Source: Acidobacteriota bacterium
GTDB lineage: Bacteria; Acidobacteriota; UBA6911; RPQK01; JAJDTT01
DNA: 64,000 nt
Direction of reading: 5' to 3'
NCBI GenBank assembly: GCA_965263035.1
Contig: OZ253580.1
Coordinates: forward strand, 1,760,001 to 1,824,000
Shown: positions 48,602-60,500 of the stretch, in pieces
Numbering within the stretch: the first letter of the stretch is position 1
Layout: each line of letters begins with the position of its first letter
The notes under the pieces: model-generated
The model's database searches: none
The model's input: only the letters and a program-made list of their open reading frames with translations
What the model was told of the DNA's origin: nothing
Translations under genes and position numbers: made by a program

Positions 48602-51600
48602 AACCAACCTCCCTGCGCTGCCGTTTTCAGACCTGCGGGGGGATGCTTCCAGCCGTCGGCATTGGCTCCCGAGATGTCGTGGCGCTCCAGGAACCCGCCG
48701 ATGTCGTCGATTTCGAGGAACGTGATCGAGGCCTGCTGTCCGTGGGTGTGGAAGATCTGCCTAATGTGAGCATCGCTCCTCGGCCAGTAGGCGTTGCTGC
48801 CGCCGTACTGCCCGTTGTTGGCGACGACCACGAGTTGGAACATGTGATAGTGCAGCGCCAACGCCATCTGGTCGAACGTCTTAACGTCTTTGTTGAGCGC
48901 CGGGATCGCCAAGATATCTGACTCATCCCTGAGATCCGCAGCGAGGCCGAGATCCGTCGCATCATAGCAGACGGTCGCAGTCAGCCATAAGGGGCGGTCA
49001 CCGTCCGCGTCAGACCACGGATAGCCGATCAACCACTGGCAGGGCCGGAATCCCTGAAGAACGTGCGCCCCACCACCGTTGAACGCTTGCTCATTCGGGG
49101 CGAGGTGAGCCTTACCTTGACGGCGAGTCTTGATCTGCAGCCCGTAGGCGTCCGACCACTCCGGCATGACCCACAGGGCTGAGTTGACGAGCGGTTGCCC
49201 CGCTAGAATCTCTTCGTAGGTCAGCCCGGCGAGGATCATCGCCCTGTGAGCCCGTGCGAAAGGGACCAGATGAGTACGAACGTCCTTCGGATGGACGGCA
49301 AGCTCGGGCAGAATCAGCCAATCGAGCCGCCCTTCGCTCCCCTTGTGCGTCTCTCTCAACGCCAGCATGCGTTCCACGGCTGCGAGCGCTGCCGACAGGT
49401 GATTGCGGTGTCTTCGCCGAATTGCGGACTCGTTGAGTGCTAGGTCTGTGTGCTGCAAGTCACCGGTCGCCGGGATCGCTGTCTGGACCACGCAGGCACG
49501 CAGCGGCCTCGGCGTGTTCGTCGCTGTCGGTCGCCGGACCAGCAGCGGCAGGATCAGTGCGCGGGTAGCGCTACCTCGGCGCTGCTCGAGATCGGCGATC
49601 CTCTGGCCAATCTGCGTCCTCGCCTCTTGGATGCCCTGCTCGACCCAGCCGAACCCATCCGGAGCACGGCACCCCGGCCAGCGCAGGAGGCCCAGGAGGA
49701 GTCCTTCTACCCAGTCCGTGATCGGAAGCCAGTCGTCTCCGAAGGCCGGCTGCCCGCTATACAGGCCGTACAGGCGCTGGTACCAGTGGCTCTCGGCAGG
49801 GCGATAGAAAGACTCAGTCTCTTTCCAATGTCTCCTGCGGACGGGACGCGTGAAATCCGGCTGCCCCGACAGGATGAACCGGAGCAGAAAACCGAGTTGG
49901 AAGCGCCACCCCTCGCCGGCTTCACACCACGCGGGCACCTCGTATGGGGAGCCCGATGCGTCGGCCCGACTCCCCAGGATCCGCAGCGTTTCTACGTCAG
50001 CGACCGCCCGGTCCTCGCCGAGCTTCAGCGTGACCTGGCCTGGGGTGATCACCTCGGGCGGAAGCTTCTGCTGCTCCCACTGTTCGAGGAAAGCCCTCGC
50101 GAAGCGCAGAAGGGAGAGCTCGTTGCGAAGAGAACCGCTCGGGTGCGTATTCAGGACCGCCTTGGCCAGCGTGTCGTGGCCGCCGTCAGCCCCCTCCGGA
50201 GCCCGGCAAAGGTCCTCGCGGATGCGCGCCGGAAGGTCGTTGAAGAGAAGAGTATCCGTCGCGGTGTCGATGATCTCGAGAAGAAACGACGGGTCCCTCT
50301 GAGCGAGCTGCCGCCTCCTTGACGGACTGAGGCCGGGCCGCGTCAACTCAACCGCCCGCGCTCGATCCAAGAACGCACGTCTGGCGAGAACCGCGAGCGT
50401 CGCAAAATCCGAACTCCGGAGGCGGTCTCCGTCACCGCGCAGGAATCGGATCAGCTCCCGGTAATGCCGGGTCTCCGGTACCGTTCCCGTGCGCACGACG
50501 GGCGCCCCGACGGGATCGCAGACGGCGAGGAACAACAGCGCCTGCTGTCGTAGGTACCAAGGAATCGTCGGCCCGGGCAGGGCCACCAGGCGAGCGGCCT
50601 CCCCGCGAAGCTCCTCGCGGTAGGATTCGAGGTCGATCCCCAAGGGGAGCGATTCGGTGTCCGCCACGAGCGCCGTTTCCGTGGCTCCCGCGCGCAAGAC
50701 TTCAGCGAGGCAGTACCAAGCGACTCGCCTCGGCGCCTTTCGCCGCCCCCCCTTTTCCGTGAAAGGGCGGAGCAGTGAGAGAACTTCCCGCAACAACTCC
50801 ACATCCGGCCAGAGATCGAGGCCAATCCGAAGCAGGCGAACGTTCGATGGGTCGTCGATCCACCGTTGAATCAGACCCAGCGCAAACGCCCTCGCATCCT
50901 CGTCCAGCTCGCGCCGTGTACGCGCCACGCGCGGTCGCCCACCGGGCGGGGTATCGCCTCTACCAACCTCAGACTCGTCCGGCGTGTCGTCGTCTTGGAG
51001 CAGCGGCCTGATGGAACGGAACGTGGTTCGATATCGGGCAGCGCCGAATCTGGCGACCGTCTCGTCCCGAACGTCCGGGACCGGGGAAAACCGCCAGCCA
51101 CTGTCGTCCCCCACGCTCAGGGCTTCCTGCGCGCGCATCAGGCCCTGGATGGCATCGAGGATCTCCTCGCCGCCGAGCGCGTCGAATCCCCCCGACACCG
51201 CCGACTGGATGCGGTTCATCTTCGCGCTCTGCCGCACCAACGGTCGTTCGTCGCCCCCTAGCGCTGCGACTTGGCTCTTCTCGGGGGACAGCACGAGGCC
51301 GGTCGCATTCTCTTCCAGAACCTGACTTAGCCATCTCGAGACGGTCTTCTCAAGGTCATTCGACGAGCCATCCGACTTCGGGGCAACCGCAACCAGGATC
51401 CGCAAGTCGTCGACGTACCGGCACGAGTCCGCCACCCGGATTCCGGGGGCGATCTCCGTCCCGATCGCCACGCGCAGCACCTCGTCGAACGAAAGGAGCA
51501 CGACGTTCGCGAAGAAGCCGGAGGCGACGAGTCCCTGTGGCAATGCCACCCGCGTGAAGTCGTCCAACTCCGCCTGCTCTGCGTACATCTTGACATTTTT

Positions 51601-52356
51601 TTCGTCACGCGGATGCCAGCCCCAATTGAGCACGGACGCCGCCAGAGAAAAAAACGCCGGGTCATCGCCGTCGCGGCGGATCCGGTCGAGCGCTCCGGCA
51701 AGCAGATCCGGGCGCACGCGGTCGTAGAATTGCCGAATGTCCGCATGGACGACGTAGACGCGCTTTCCATCGGCTGCCGGAATCGACTCGGCCGCGACTT
51801 CCGGCCGGGAGAGGAACGCGCGGTAGTCCTGGTAGTAGGCGCGGTAGAGCTTGGCGGATCCCCACCGATGGCGCAGTTCGCCATATATCGCGTCGCAGAA
51901 CAGCCGGTTGCCATAGGAGACCACCTGCCTTCGCGACTCCTGATCACGTACCGGCTGTCGCGGATCCCCTTGCAGCGTCTCGACACGGTCGGCGAGACAG
52001 AGCATCAGCGCCGTCGCCACCACCTGGTCGGCCAAGCTGACGTGAGCGAGCGGTCGAAGCCGTGCCGAGCGCGCCCCCTTGACGGGCTCCCACACGCCTT
52101 CCTGCACTCGCCAGCGCTGGCTCTTGGGCGCCGGAACGATGCGTAGAGGATCGTTCTGCCAGCTCTCCAAAGACTGCAGGCGTTCGCCGAGTTCGCTGAG
52201 AAACGCCGGCAGGTTCACGGCCGCGCGGTCGAGAGCAAGCGTGTCGGAGAACCAGTTGTGGTAGCGGATGTAGGACGCGGTCTTCTTCCAGGCCTGAACG
52301 AGGACGTACTCCTCGCGGAGCAACTCCAAGCGCGGTTTGAGCTGCTCCTGAACCAT
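48598..52356 (-). CDS. Reverse transcriptase fused to a C-terminal nitrilase (carbon-nitrogen hydrolase) domain; UG1/DRT1-like defence-associated RT
   Basis: RT motifs LRPL, ADIRQFYD, LPQGLVASGFFAN, RYVDD; nitrilase triad ILPEL (E), QGK (K), VCYD (C), plus VANNGQYGGS. Confidence 0.88.
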   Translation of the reverse strand: MVQEQLKPRLELLREEYVLVQAWKKTASYIRYHNWFSDTLALDRAAVNLPAFLSELGERLQSLESWQNDPLRIVPAPKSQRWRVQEGVWEPVKGARSARLRPLAHVSLADQVVATALMLCLADRVETLQGDPRQPVRDQESRRQVVSYGNRLFCDAIYGELRHRWGSAKLYRAYYQDYRAFLSRPEVAAESIPAADGKRVYVVHADIRQFYDRVRPDLLAGALDRIRRDGDDPAFFSLAASVLNWGWHPRDEKNVKMYAEQAELDDFTRVALPQGLVASGFFANVVLLSFDEVLRVAIGTEIAPGIRVADSCRYVDDLRILVAVAPKSDGSSNDLEKTVSRWLSQVLEENATGLVLSPEKSQVAALGGDERPLVRQSAKMNRIQSAVSGGFDALGGEEILDAIQGLMRAQEALSVGDDSGWRFSPVPDVRDETVARFGAARYRTTFRSIRPLLQDDDTPDESEVGRGDTPPGGRPRVARTRRELDEDARAFALGLIQRWIDDPSNVRLLRIGLDLWPDVELLREVLSLLRPFTEKGGRRKAPRRVAWYCLAEVLRAGATETALVADTESLPLGIDLESYREELRGEAARLVALPGPTIPWYLRQQALLFLAVCDPVGAPVVRTGTVPETRHYRELIRFLRGDGDRLRSSDFATLAVLARRAFLDRARAVELTRPGLSPSRRRQLAQRDPSFLLEIIDTATDTLLFNDLPARIREDLCRAPEGADGGHDTLAKAVLNTHPSGSLRNELSLLRFARAFLEQWEQQKLPPEVITPGQVTLKLGEDRAVADVETLRILGSRADASGSPYEVPAWCEAGEGWRFQLGFLLRFILSGQPDFTRPVRRRHWKETESFYRPAESHWYQRLYGLYSGQPAFGDDWLPITDWVEGLLLGLLRWPGCRAPDGFGWVEQGIQEARTQIGQRIADLEQRRGSATRALILPLLVRRPTATNTPRPLRACVVQTAIPATGDLQHTDLALNESAIRRRHRNHLSAALAAVERMLALRETHKGSEGRLDWLILPELAVHPKDVRTHLVPFARAHRAMILAGLTYEEILAGQPLVNSALWVMPEWSDAYGLQIKTRRQGKAHLAPNEQAFNGGGAHVLQGFRPCQWLIGYPWSDADGDRPLWLTATVCYDATDLGLAADLRDESDILAIPALNKDVKTFDQMALALHYHMFQLVVVANNGQYGGSNAYWPRSDAHIRQIFHTHGQQASITFLEIDDIGGFLERHDISGANADGWKHPPAGLKTAAQGGWL

Positions 52357-53675
52357 ACCTCAGCCCCCCAGCACCTCGACCAGTTCCGCGATCACCTGCA
52401 ACTGGCCTTCGTCCGCGCTGGTGAGCACGATCGGCTCGAAGTCCGGGTTGACGGGGTTGAGGGTGATCTCGACGTGACGCCAGGAGTCTCCCTCCTTCGC
52501 CTTCTTGCTCTTGTAGCGCTTGACCGTGTAGCGCTGTCCGGTCTCCGGGTCGGTGGCTTCACGAAGCTGGACGAGGACGATCTTGCCCTGGCGCGTACCC
52601 TCGACAGGACCTCGAAAGAGGCACCAGGCACCGTCGCGAATCGCGGGCTCCATGGACTTGCCGACGACCTGGGCGACGAACATGCCCTTTCGCAGACGAT
52701 GGCGGGACTTGAGAGCGACCCACTCGAAGTCGTCGTCTTCGATGTGCTGCGGATCGCTGAAGGTGCCGGCGGCCACCCTAAGCGGGATGAGCGGCACGCA
52801 GGTGACGTAACGGTCCTCGGGTGCGGGCCCGACCGTAGGCGGCCGAAACGGGACCACCTTCGCCGTCCCCTCTGATGCCGCATCCGCCTCCGACACGCCC
52901 TGGAACGCGTCGGGCCAGCCGCCATGGGCTTCGATGACCTCGTCGATCTCGGACATGATGCGGACGGTCTCATTCAGGGCGACGACGATCTTCTGGTAGT
53001 GGGCGATGTCTTCATCCGAGAGCGTGCGGCCCTTCCGGTCCTTGAGCCACTTGTGGCAGACCTGGTAGCCGCCGATTTGGAAATCCCAGACCTCCCCGGG
53101 CACACCCCTGAAACCCATCGTGCCGGGCTTCGTCGCGTGGTGCCCCTCGCGCGCAATGGTCTTGCCCGCGTCGATCCACACGGTGCCGTCCGACCAGCCC
53201 GCGCGTCCGACTTCTGGGAGCTTTGGGCCGGTGTATGTCGTGATGGGCTTACCGAGTTCCGGAGACTCGAGCAGGTGGAGGGCCAGCACGTCATGGCCGA
53301 TCTCTGCCAGCCCTCGGAAAAGGTCGACGCTTCCGGGCAGAGGTACGCGGGGGAAGTCGAACTTGAGCTGGGCCTCATAGCGGCTCCGATAGCCGGGGCT
53401 GTGGAACACCGTGTAGATGTAGGCGAAGACGTCCTCGGGGCCGAAGGTCTTCCAGAGATCGCCCCGGCCGTCGCTGACGAATCGCAGTTCGGTGGCGGCC
53501 GCAATCTGCTCGACGAACCCCGAGTCCAGATTCGGAGTGCGGCCGTCCTTGCCCTTTGTCCAGCGGTTGAATAGCGAATCGTCGGCCCTGCCGACTCCGG
53601 GATAGAGGTAGAGCGGAAAGAGTGAGTTGACGTCGTAGGCCGAGCAGGTCTTGTGCGCAATAATGCTCGATGTCG

Positions 53676-54764
53676 CTAGTGTGGTGTCCTGGAAATACGA
53701 GTAGATAATCGTGCTAGCTTGTCCAGGATGGATTGGGCTGTGGCGGCCCACACGAAGGGTTTCGCCTCTTGGTTGTATCGATGGGTGAATTCCTCAATCG
53801 TCTTCACCAAGTGTCTCACGTTGCGGAACGAGGTGCGCTTGATCGCTCGCTGTGTGATCAAACCGAACCAGCGCTCCACTTGGTTGAGCCAGGAGGCGTA
53901 GGTGGGGGTGAAGTGTAAGTGGTAGCGTGGCCGCTTGGCAATCCAGGCCCGGACCCGTGGATGCTTGTGCGTGGCATAGTTGTCGACGACCAAGTGGAGG
54001 TCCAGATCGGGCGGCACTTCCCGGTCGATCAACCTCAGAAAGGCCAGGAAGTCCTGGTGGCGGTGGCGCTTCTTGCATTGAGCGATCACGCGACCCGTGG
54101 CGGCATCCAGGGCCGCGAAAAGGGTGGTGGTGCCGTGGCGGATGTAATCGTGCGTATATCCTTGAACGTACCCGAGACCCAGGGGCAGGGCCCGTTGGGT
54201 CCGGTCCAGGGCCTGGATTTGAGACTTCTCGTCGACGCACAGCACCATGGCGTGGTCGGGGGGATGGAGGTAAAGTCCCACGATATCTCGGACCTTCTCG
54301 ATGAAGAAGGGGTCGTTGGAGAGCTTGAAGGTCTGGGCCAGATGAGGCTTGATGCCAAAAAGCGAGAACCAGCGCTGCACGGTGGTCTTGGAGACGCCCT
54401 CGGCGGCGCCCATCAAGCGCACGCTCCAGTTCTCGGCGTTGGCCGGCTTCTGCTGCAGAGCGCGGCTGATCACCTGGGCGACCTTCTCGTCGTCGTAGCT
54501 GCGGGGACGACCGGGACGAAGCTCGTCATGCAAGCCCTGAACGCCGAGTTCGAGGAAGCGTCGACGCCACTTGCCGACGGCTTGGGGCGAAGCCCCGACC
54601 CGTTCGGCCACTGCCCGGTTGGTGAGGCCCTCGGCACTGGCCAGGATCATGCGGGCTCGCAGGACCAAGCCGTGAGGCAGACTGGTGGAACGGGCGACTC
54701 CCTGGAGTTGATGTCGCTGCTCGTCGCTGAGTACCAAGGGGGGAAGTTTGCGTCCGCGGGGCAT
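53676..54764 (-). CDS. IS630-family transposase
   Basis: [54 protein letters not shown]. Confidence 0.97.
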   Translation of the reverse strand: MPRGRKLPPLVLSDEQRHQLQGVARSTSLPHGLVLRARMILASAEGLTNRAVAERVGASPQAVGKWRRRFLELGVQGLHDELRPGRPRSYDDEKVAQVISRALQQKPANAENWSVRLMGAAEGVSKTTVQRWFSLFGIKPHLAQTFKLSNDPFFIEKVRDIVGLYLHPPDHAMVLCVDEKSQIQALDRTQRALPLGLGYVQGYTHDYIRHGTTTLFAALDAATGRVIAQCKKRHRHQDFLAFLRLIDREVPPDLDLHLVVDNYATHKHPRVRAWIAKRPRYHLHFTPTYASWLNQVERWFGLITQRAIKRTSFRNVRHLVKTIEEFTHRYNQEAKPFVWAATAQSILDKLARLSTRISRTPH

Positions 54765-54831
54765 AGGCAGTCTCCTTTCTGAATGAGGAACCGCCTATTA
54801 TTATACACGAACTAACGGGACACTACACTAG
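53676..54831 (-). mobile_element. IS630-family insertion sequence (coordinates include both CTAG)
   Basis: TIRs ctagtgtggtgtcc / ggacactacactag with a duplicated (C)TA(G) target. Confidence 0.93.
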
Positions 54832-57511
54832 CGCGCCCCACTTATCTCTCGTCTGCCTCGTTGTGATTAGGCCGACGTTCTCCCCCGCGAGCATGTGCCG
54901 CATAATCTGCTTTACAGTTCGCCACACCAGCGAATCGTGATAGAAAATCAAGCGTTGGTCGAAGGGGCGATAGAGAACCGGCTTGATGTGTTCTCCCAAC
55001 TCCCTTTCACCTCCAATCAGTTTTCTCGCGTTGGGTATGTTCCACCCCTTCTTCAGCGGAATCCCCAGTCGGCGGCACAGTTCCTCATCAGAGTCTTTCG
55101 AATCGCGAAACTCACGTGCCCGCTCGAGCAATGGTGCTTCAGCGAAGTCAATCACTACATGGTCCCGTGCCGTCGTCATTCCAACACCATTCACCGGCAT
55201 CACTTCGGTGATTATCCAGCCCTGTTCGTATTCGGCTTTCAGTTCGGTGTCTTGCGGCACGAACAGGTAGAATGGCCGCTGTGGTCGCAGCACCATCCAT
55301 TCCGTGCTACCAGCATCGGTCGAGAGGAGCGTTTCGTACTTGCTCTCCCGCAGCTCCCACAGGTCGGCATGATGTAACTTGGCTGTGCTCCTCTTCCCCG
55401 CCTTATTTATAAAGAGTCCGAGCGCCACCCCCTGCTGGATGTCGAAGACGTTTTCATCTTTGCCTCCGTCCGGCGCGCGTTCCTGCTTCTTCGAGTTTCC
55501 GTGAAGGTCGAGCAGGAAGAGCTGATCGAACGTCGCAAGCAGTGCCCGCCGCACTCCTCGGAAAGTCGGGCTGTCAACATAGCTGTGGTTCGTGATGAAG
55601 CCATGAATGCCGGCACCAGCCCGCTCAAGTAGCCATTGTGAAAATCGCGTGAAGCGGACGTAGAGATCGTTCAGCCACTTCGGGTTGCGCTCATTCAGCG
55701 GCTCACCGTCTACCTCGAAGTAGCTCAACGTGCTTCGGCCACTCTGGAGTTCCTGACCGCGCATGAGCGCTGCGATCCAGTCCCCACCGCGACCTGCTTC
55801 GCCAAGGTACGGCGGATTCCCGATCACCACCGTGAACCGTTGATTCCGCTTGATCTCGTTGACCGCTTGGGCCTCGTGCGCCAGGGCCGGCAGGAAATCC
55901 AGGGTGAGCTGCCTACTTCCCGCCGGCTCCAGCGCGTTCGTCAGGTACACACGCGCCCGCTCGTCGCTCCCGAAGCGGTAGCCGGTCTCGTAGAGCTTGA
56001 GGCCGATCTTGAGGTGCGCGATGGCGTAGGGCGCCATTAAGAACTCGTATCCGTGCAGGCGCAACAGGAGGTGTTCCGGGACGTAGTGGTTCCAGAGCGC
56101 CTCGATCTTTTTCTCGCCGTGGCCCTGAGCCTTCCACTCCTCGACCATCGTCTTGTGGATAAGGTCGATTACCTCGACGAGGAACGTGCCGGTGCCGGTG
56201 GCGGGGTCGAGGATCTGGACGAAAGCCTGGTCGGGCGGCGTGCCGTTGGGGATCTCGAGATCTTCGTGCCGTTTCGCCATCTCGCCCCAGGTCGTTGTGT
56301 CGGCGAGGCCGTCAGTGAGGCCGAAATCGCTCCGCAAGAGCTGGTCCACCGAGCGCACGATGTAGGAGACCACCGGGCGTGGAGTGTAGAAGACGCCCCG
56401 GCTCACCTTCTGCTTCTTGTCGTAGGCGGCGAGGAAGTGCTCGTAGAAGTGGATGACCGGGTCTTCCCGGGGGTTCCGGTCGCCGAAGTCGAGGACGACG
56501 GCCTCCATATTAGCCTGGTCGAGTAGCTCCACCACCTCGGAGACGCCCAGCTCGTCGAAGTCGATGCCTAGCCCACCGGCCTTCCCGCGGCGCCCTCCCG
56601 CGTGAAGGAAGGTCTCCATCAACTCCTTCAGAAACGGGTTCGTCCGCATGTAGGCGGCGAGGTCGTCGGCTGTGCGCCGCGCCGGGTCGGTGATGCGCGC
56701 GGACAGCAGCCCGTATGCGAGGGTCTGGGCGTACATATCGGCGAAACCGTCCTCGTCCAGGTCGTGGACGAGCGCGGTCTGGAAAGCCTTCATAAGCTTG
56801 GTGAGCGGCCCGGACTCGGTCTCGATGGGGAGCGCCGTCCGGATGCGGTCGCGGATGGCGCGGGCGAGCTTCGCCAAGCGCTCCGAGAGCTGCTTTGAGG
56901 TGCTGATGACCTCGCGGTGGCGCAGTGTGAAGGCGGCGCGCCAGCGCTCGCGCCAAGCGTCGGGGTCGCCCTCGTCGTCGGGCCAGGCGAGGTGCGTGGT
57001 CAGCTCGCTAGCGACGGCGTCAAGGTGGAGCGGCGTGTCGAAGTTGTCCCAGCCGAGCACCTTGAGGGTGGGCAGGTCGTGGCCGTCCCGGGGCTTCGAG
57101 AAGTGCGCGAAGACAATGCGCCGCTCCTCGCCCTCACCGTAGTTGGAGACGAAGAGCAGGTCGTCGGCGGCCCAGGCCTGGCGCTCGGACTTGTTGGCCG
57201 AGGCGCGCTCCTTGAGCGCCACCTGGCCGAGGATGCGGCGCAGCGCCACCACGGGCAGGCGCTTCGGCTCGAACTTGACGAAGAAGATGCCCCAGGGCTG
57301 GCCCGTCGCGAGTGGGCGCAGGCGCTTGATCTCCTGGATCTTGGCCGCGTTCTTCGCGTCGATCCCGAGCTCCTCGGGGGTATAGTCGAAGGTCATTTCT
57401 TCGAAGTCGTCCGAGTCGATCGGCCAGCCGAGCTCGTCGCGGAGGTAGGCGACGAGTTGGTCGAAACGGCGGATGCATGCGAGGCGCTCCCGGTGGTTGG
57501 TCGGCATCGGT

Positions 57512-60500
57512 TCAGCCCTCGTTCAGCTCCATCCAGCAGCGAAGCCGCGGCTTGACGCCGACGGGGGCGTCCACGCGCTTCAGGTAGCTGTTCTTGATGT
57601 GCTTCTCGATCCGCTTGCGGATGTCGAGGAGCGTCTTCTCCTCCATGGTGCAGCGCCGGGGCGTCTCGGGCTTCGAGCGGATGCTCGCGACGATCTCGCC
57701 CGGCTCCTCGAGGATGGTTTCGCGGTCGAGGTCGTAGAAGTACCAGCGGGTGGTGCCGGCCTCCTCGGTGAACTCGTTCTTCTCCTTGTCGAGGGCGGGG
57801 AGCGCGTAGCAGAAGAAGACACCGCGCATGCCCTTCGCCGGGCGCTTGCGGCCGCTGAAGATCGCGCCGGGGAAGCGAGCGAGGCGCGCCTCCAGCTCGG
57901 GGTCGGCCTGGAGCAGCGCCTGGTACTCGAGATGCATGTCCTCCACGGCCGTGCGCGTGCCCTCGTAGGCGTGGTGAAACTCCTTCAGCGCCTCGTAATC
58001 GTCCTCCGGGGTGAGGAGCTTCTTGCCCTCGATGCCGAGGGTCTTGGAGATCAGGAGCGTCTTCTGCGTGACCTTCGTGTAGAGCGAGAGGATCTCGTTC
58101 AGCTCCTGAGGCGGGAGAAAGTTCCAGAACCAGACCCTGCCGCGCGAGGCGGCCGCCTCGGGATGGTCGGCGACGAGCCGCTTCTCGATTGCGGGATTCA
58201 TGCGGCGGTCCACCCGGCCGATGCGCTGCATGAGGCGCACCGGGTTCCAGTGGATGTCGTAATTGATCATCCGCGAGGCGTCCTGGAGGTTGAGACCCTC
58301 GGAGAGGACATCGGTGGAGATCAGGACGCGGGTCTCCTCGCTGCCCCGCTCGGCGAGCTCCGGGGACGAGCGGCCATTGTAGTAGGGCGCGAAGCGCTGG
58401 ATGACCTCTGAACGGTTCTTCTTCGTGGCACTGTCCACCTGCTCGACGCCCTCGATACCGGCCTCGTCCAGTTGACGCTTGAGGTAGCGGGCAGTGTCGG
58501 CGAACTCGGTGAAGATCAGAATCTTCTGGTCGGCCAGCGCCTTTGACTTGAGCAGGCGGATGAGCTTCTGGAGCTTGTCGTCGTGCTTCGGCTCGAACTT
58601 CCGGGCCTCGGCCAGGAACCGAACGATCTGGTCGAGGTCGAGGAAGGTCTCGGCCATCATCTCCTTGACGTCGTACGCGGCACGGTCGAGGCGCTCGACC
58701 GCCTCGAGCATCTCCTGGGGGACGACGTCATCATCGTCTGCCTCCTTGCCTTCCTCGCCCCAGAGCTCGAACTGGCGCTGGACGGCGCAGCCCAGGATGT
58801 CGGCGTTCTGCGCTTTCCACCTCTTGAGGCGCTTCTTCTCGGCGTCGCTCTCGCTGTGGACCTCGATGAAGGCCAGCAGCTTCTTGAGCAGGCGGTCGCA
58901 AGAGAGTTCGAAGGCGGCGACGGAACTCTCGAAGCGCTTGAGAAAGTTGGTCCGGATGAGGCCGATCACCTGTCTCTGGCGGTTCTCCTCGAACGGGTCG
59001 ATGTCCTTGTCCGGCCCCCTGTACCAAAACAGGGGGTAGTACATCGGGAGCGTGAAGAGCGGGCTCTGCTTGGCGAAAGCATTCTCGAACAGCTCGAGCA
59101 TCCGCCCGTAGGTCTTGCGGATCGAGTACGCTGCTACCTGAGGGTCCCTCCGGTCGGGAAAGGCAGCTGCTTTGCCGTACTCCCGAATCTGGCTCTCGCG
59201 GGCGTAAGCGCGGCTCCGCTGGACGACGAGCTCGCGGAAGAATGCGTCGGTGAAGAGGATCTCCTGGGCTTCGATCATGTGCTCCGCAGCATCCGCCACG
59301 TCCTGTCCCAAACGGCTGCGAAGCATCCTTTCCATCTGGCTGAAGTGCGCCCTCAGGTTGTTCACGCCGATCGTGCGCGCGAAGTAGGACTCGTCACGAC
59401 GCGTGAAGAGCTCGGTCATGTGGCGGAAGTCGCTCAGACGGTTGTTGATGGGGGTGGCCGTCAGCATGAACACGGTCTTGGGGCGTTCCGCGTTGTCGAG
59501 TAGCTCGAACAGGCGGTAGTAGCGCGACGGTTCGATTCCCCTGTCGGGATCACGCCGGCGGCCCGGATTGCGGAAGTGGTGTGCCTCGTCGATGACAACG
59601 ATGTCGGCGAGTTCCGCAATGCGCTGGAAACGCTGCGGGAAGTCCCCCTTTCGTCCGAGGTCGGTGTGGCTGAAGACGGCCAGGTTGCTGAAGTCCCCGC
59701 CACCGCCGACGCCGCCGATGTGCGGAAGCCACTGACGCAGGTGGGGCTCCCATACCCCCTCCTTGGCCCCCTTCGGTGCGAACAGCGCAACACGCTTGCC
59801 CTCGTGAAGGATGAGCCGCTCGATCAGCATCAGACCGACGAAGGTCTTGCCAAGACCCACGCCGTCACAGAGGAACGCACCGCGGTGCTGCCGGGCGATC
59901 TTCATGAGCGCCCAATACGCCTCCTTCTGATATCGATCGAGGTGCGGGAACATGCGCGACCGTGTCTCGTCCCACTCGGTCGCGGTCAGCTCGTGCCCCC
60001 GGAAGAACTGCTGCAGGGCCTTCGCGTAGACGTCGAATGGCGAATACGGGTGCGTATGGCGCGAGATCGTCTCGATGACGGCCTCGGTAACCCCGCTCGC
60101 TTCGTTCCAGTGCGTCTCGAACCACTCCTGGAGCTGCGCGACTTCGCGTGAGCTCTGGATCTGGACGTTCAACTCGATGTTCTTCGTGAGACCCGGACGC
60201 GTGAAGTTGCTGGAGCCCACCAGCGCCTGGGAACCCACTACCTCAAGCTTTGCGTGGGTGATGTAGGCCTTGGCGTGGAATTTGGCCTTGTCGTAGACAC
60301 GGCATTCGATCTTCCCGGAGCGGAGCGCGTCGAGGATCGCAGAGACCCCGTGCAGGAAGGGGTTCGGCTCCTTGTCCTCCTCGATGCTTTCGTCGAGCCT
60401 ATCGAGCGCTTGCGCCCGAACCGCTTCGAGAATGGCCTTTCGAGTCCGATGGGTGGTCTCCGCCCCCATCAGGATCCGGATCTTGTCGAGCCCCTGCCAT

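Larger units (their letters stand above)
52360..57507 (-). pseudogene. Type ISP/IIG-like N6-adenine methyltransferase-specificity protein with C-terminal S24 peptidase, about 1331 aa, interrupted by IS630
   Basis: [66 protein letters not shown]; S24 motifs VAAG, GKSM, TVKR. The frame is restored (WGAL-ATSS) on removing the IS. Confidence 0.9.

Noticed and set aside
52357-52900. Retron msr-msd or DGR template repeat upstream of the RT
   Set aside because: The region is coding (S24 domain) with only a 3-nt gap. No retron VTG motif was noticed in the RT, and no TR/VR pair was seen.
59529-59545. GGTTCGATTCCC tRNA T-loop-like sequence
   Set aside because: It lies inside the helicase CDS with no cloverleaf context.
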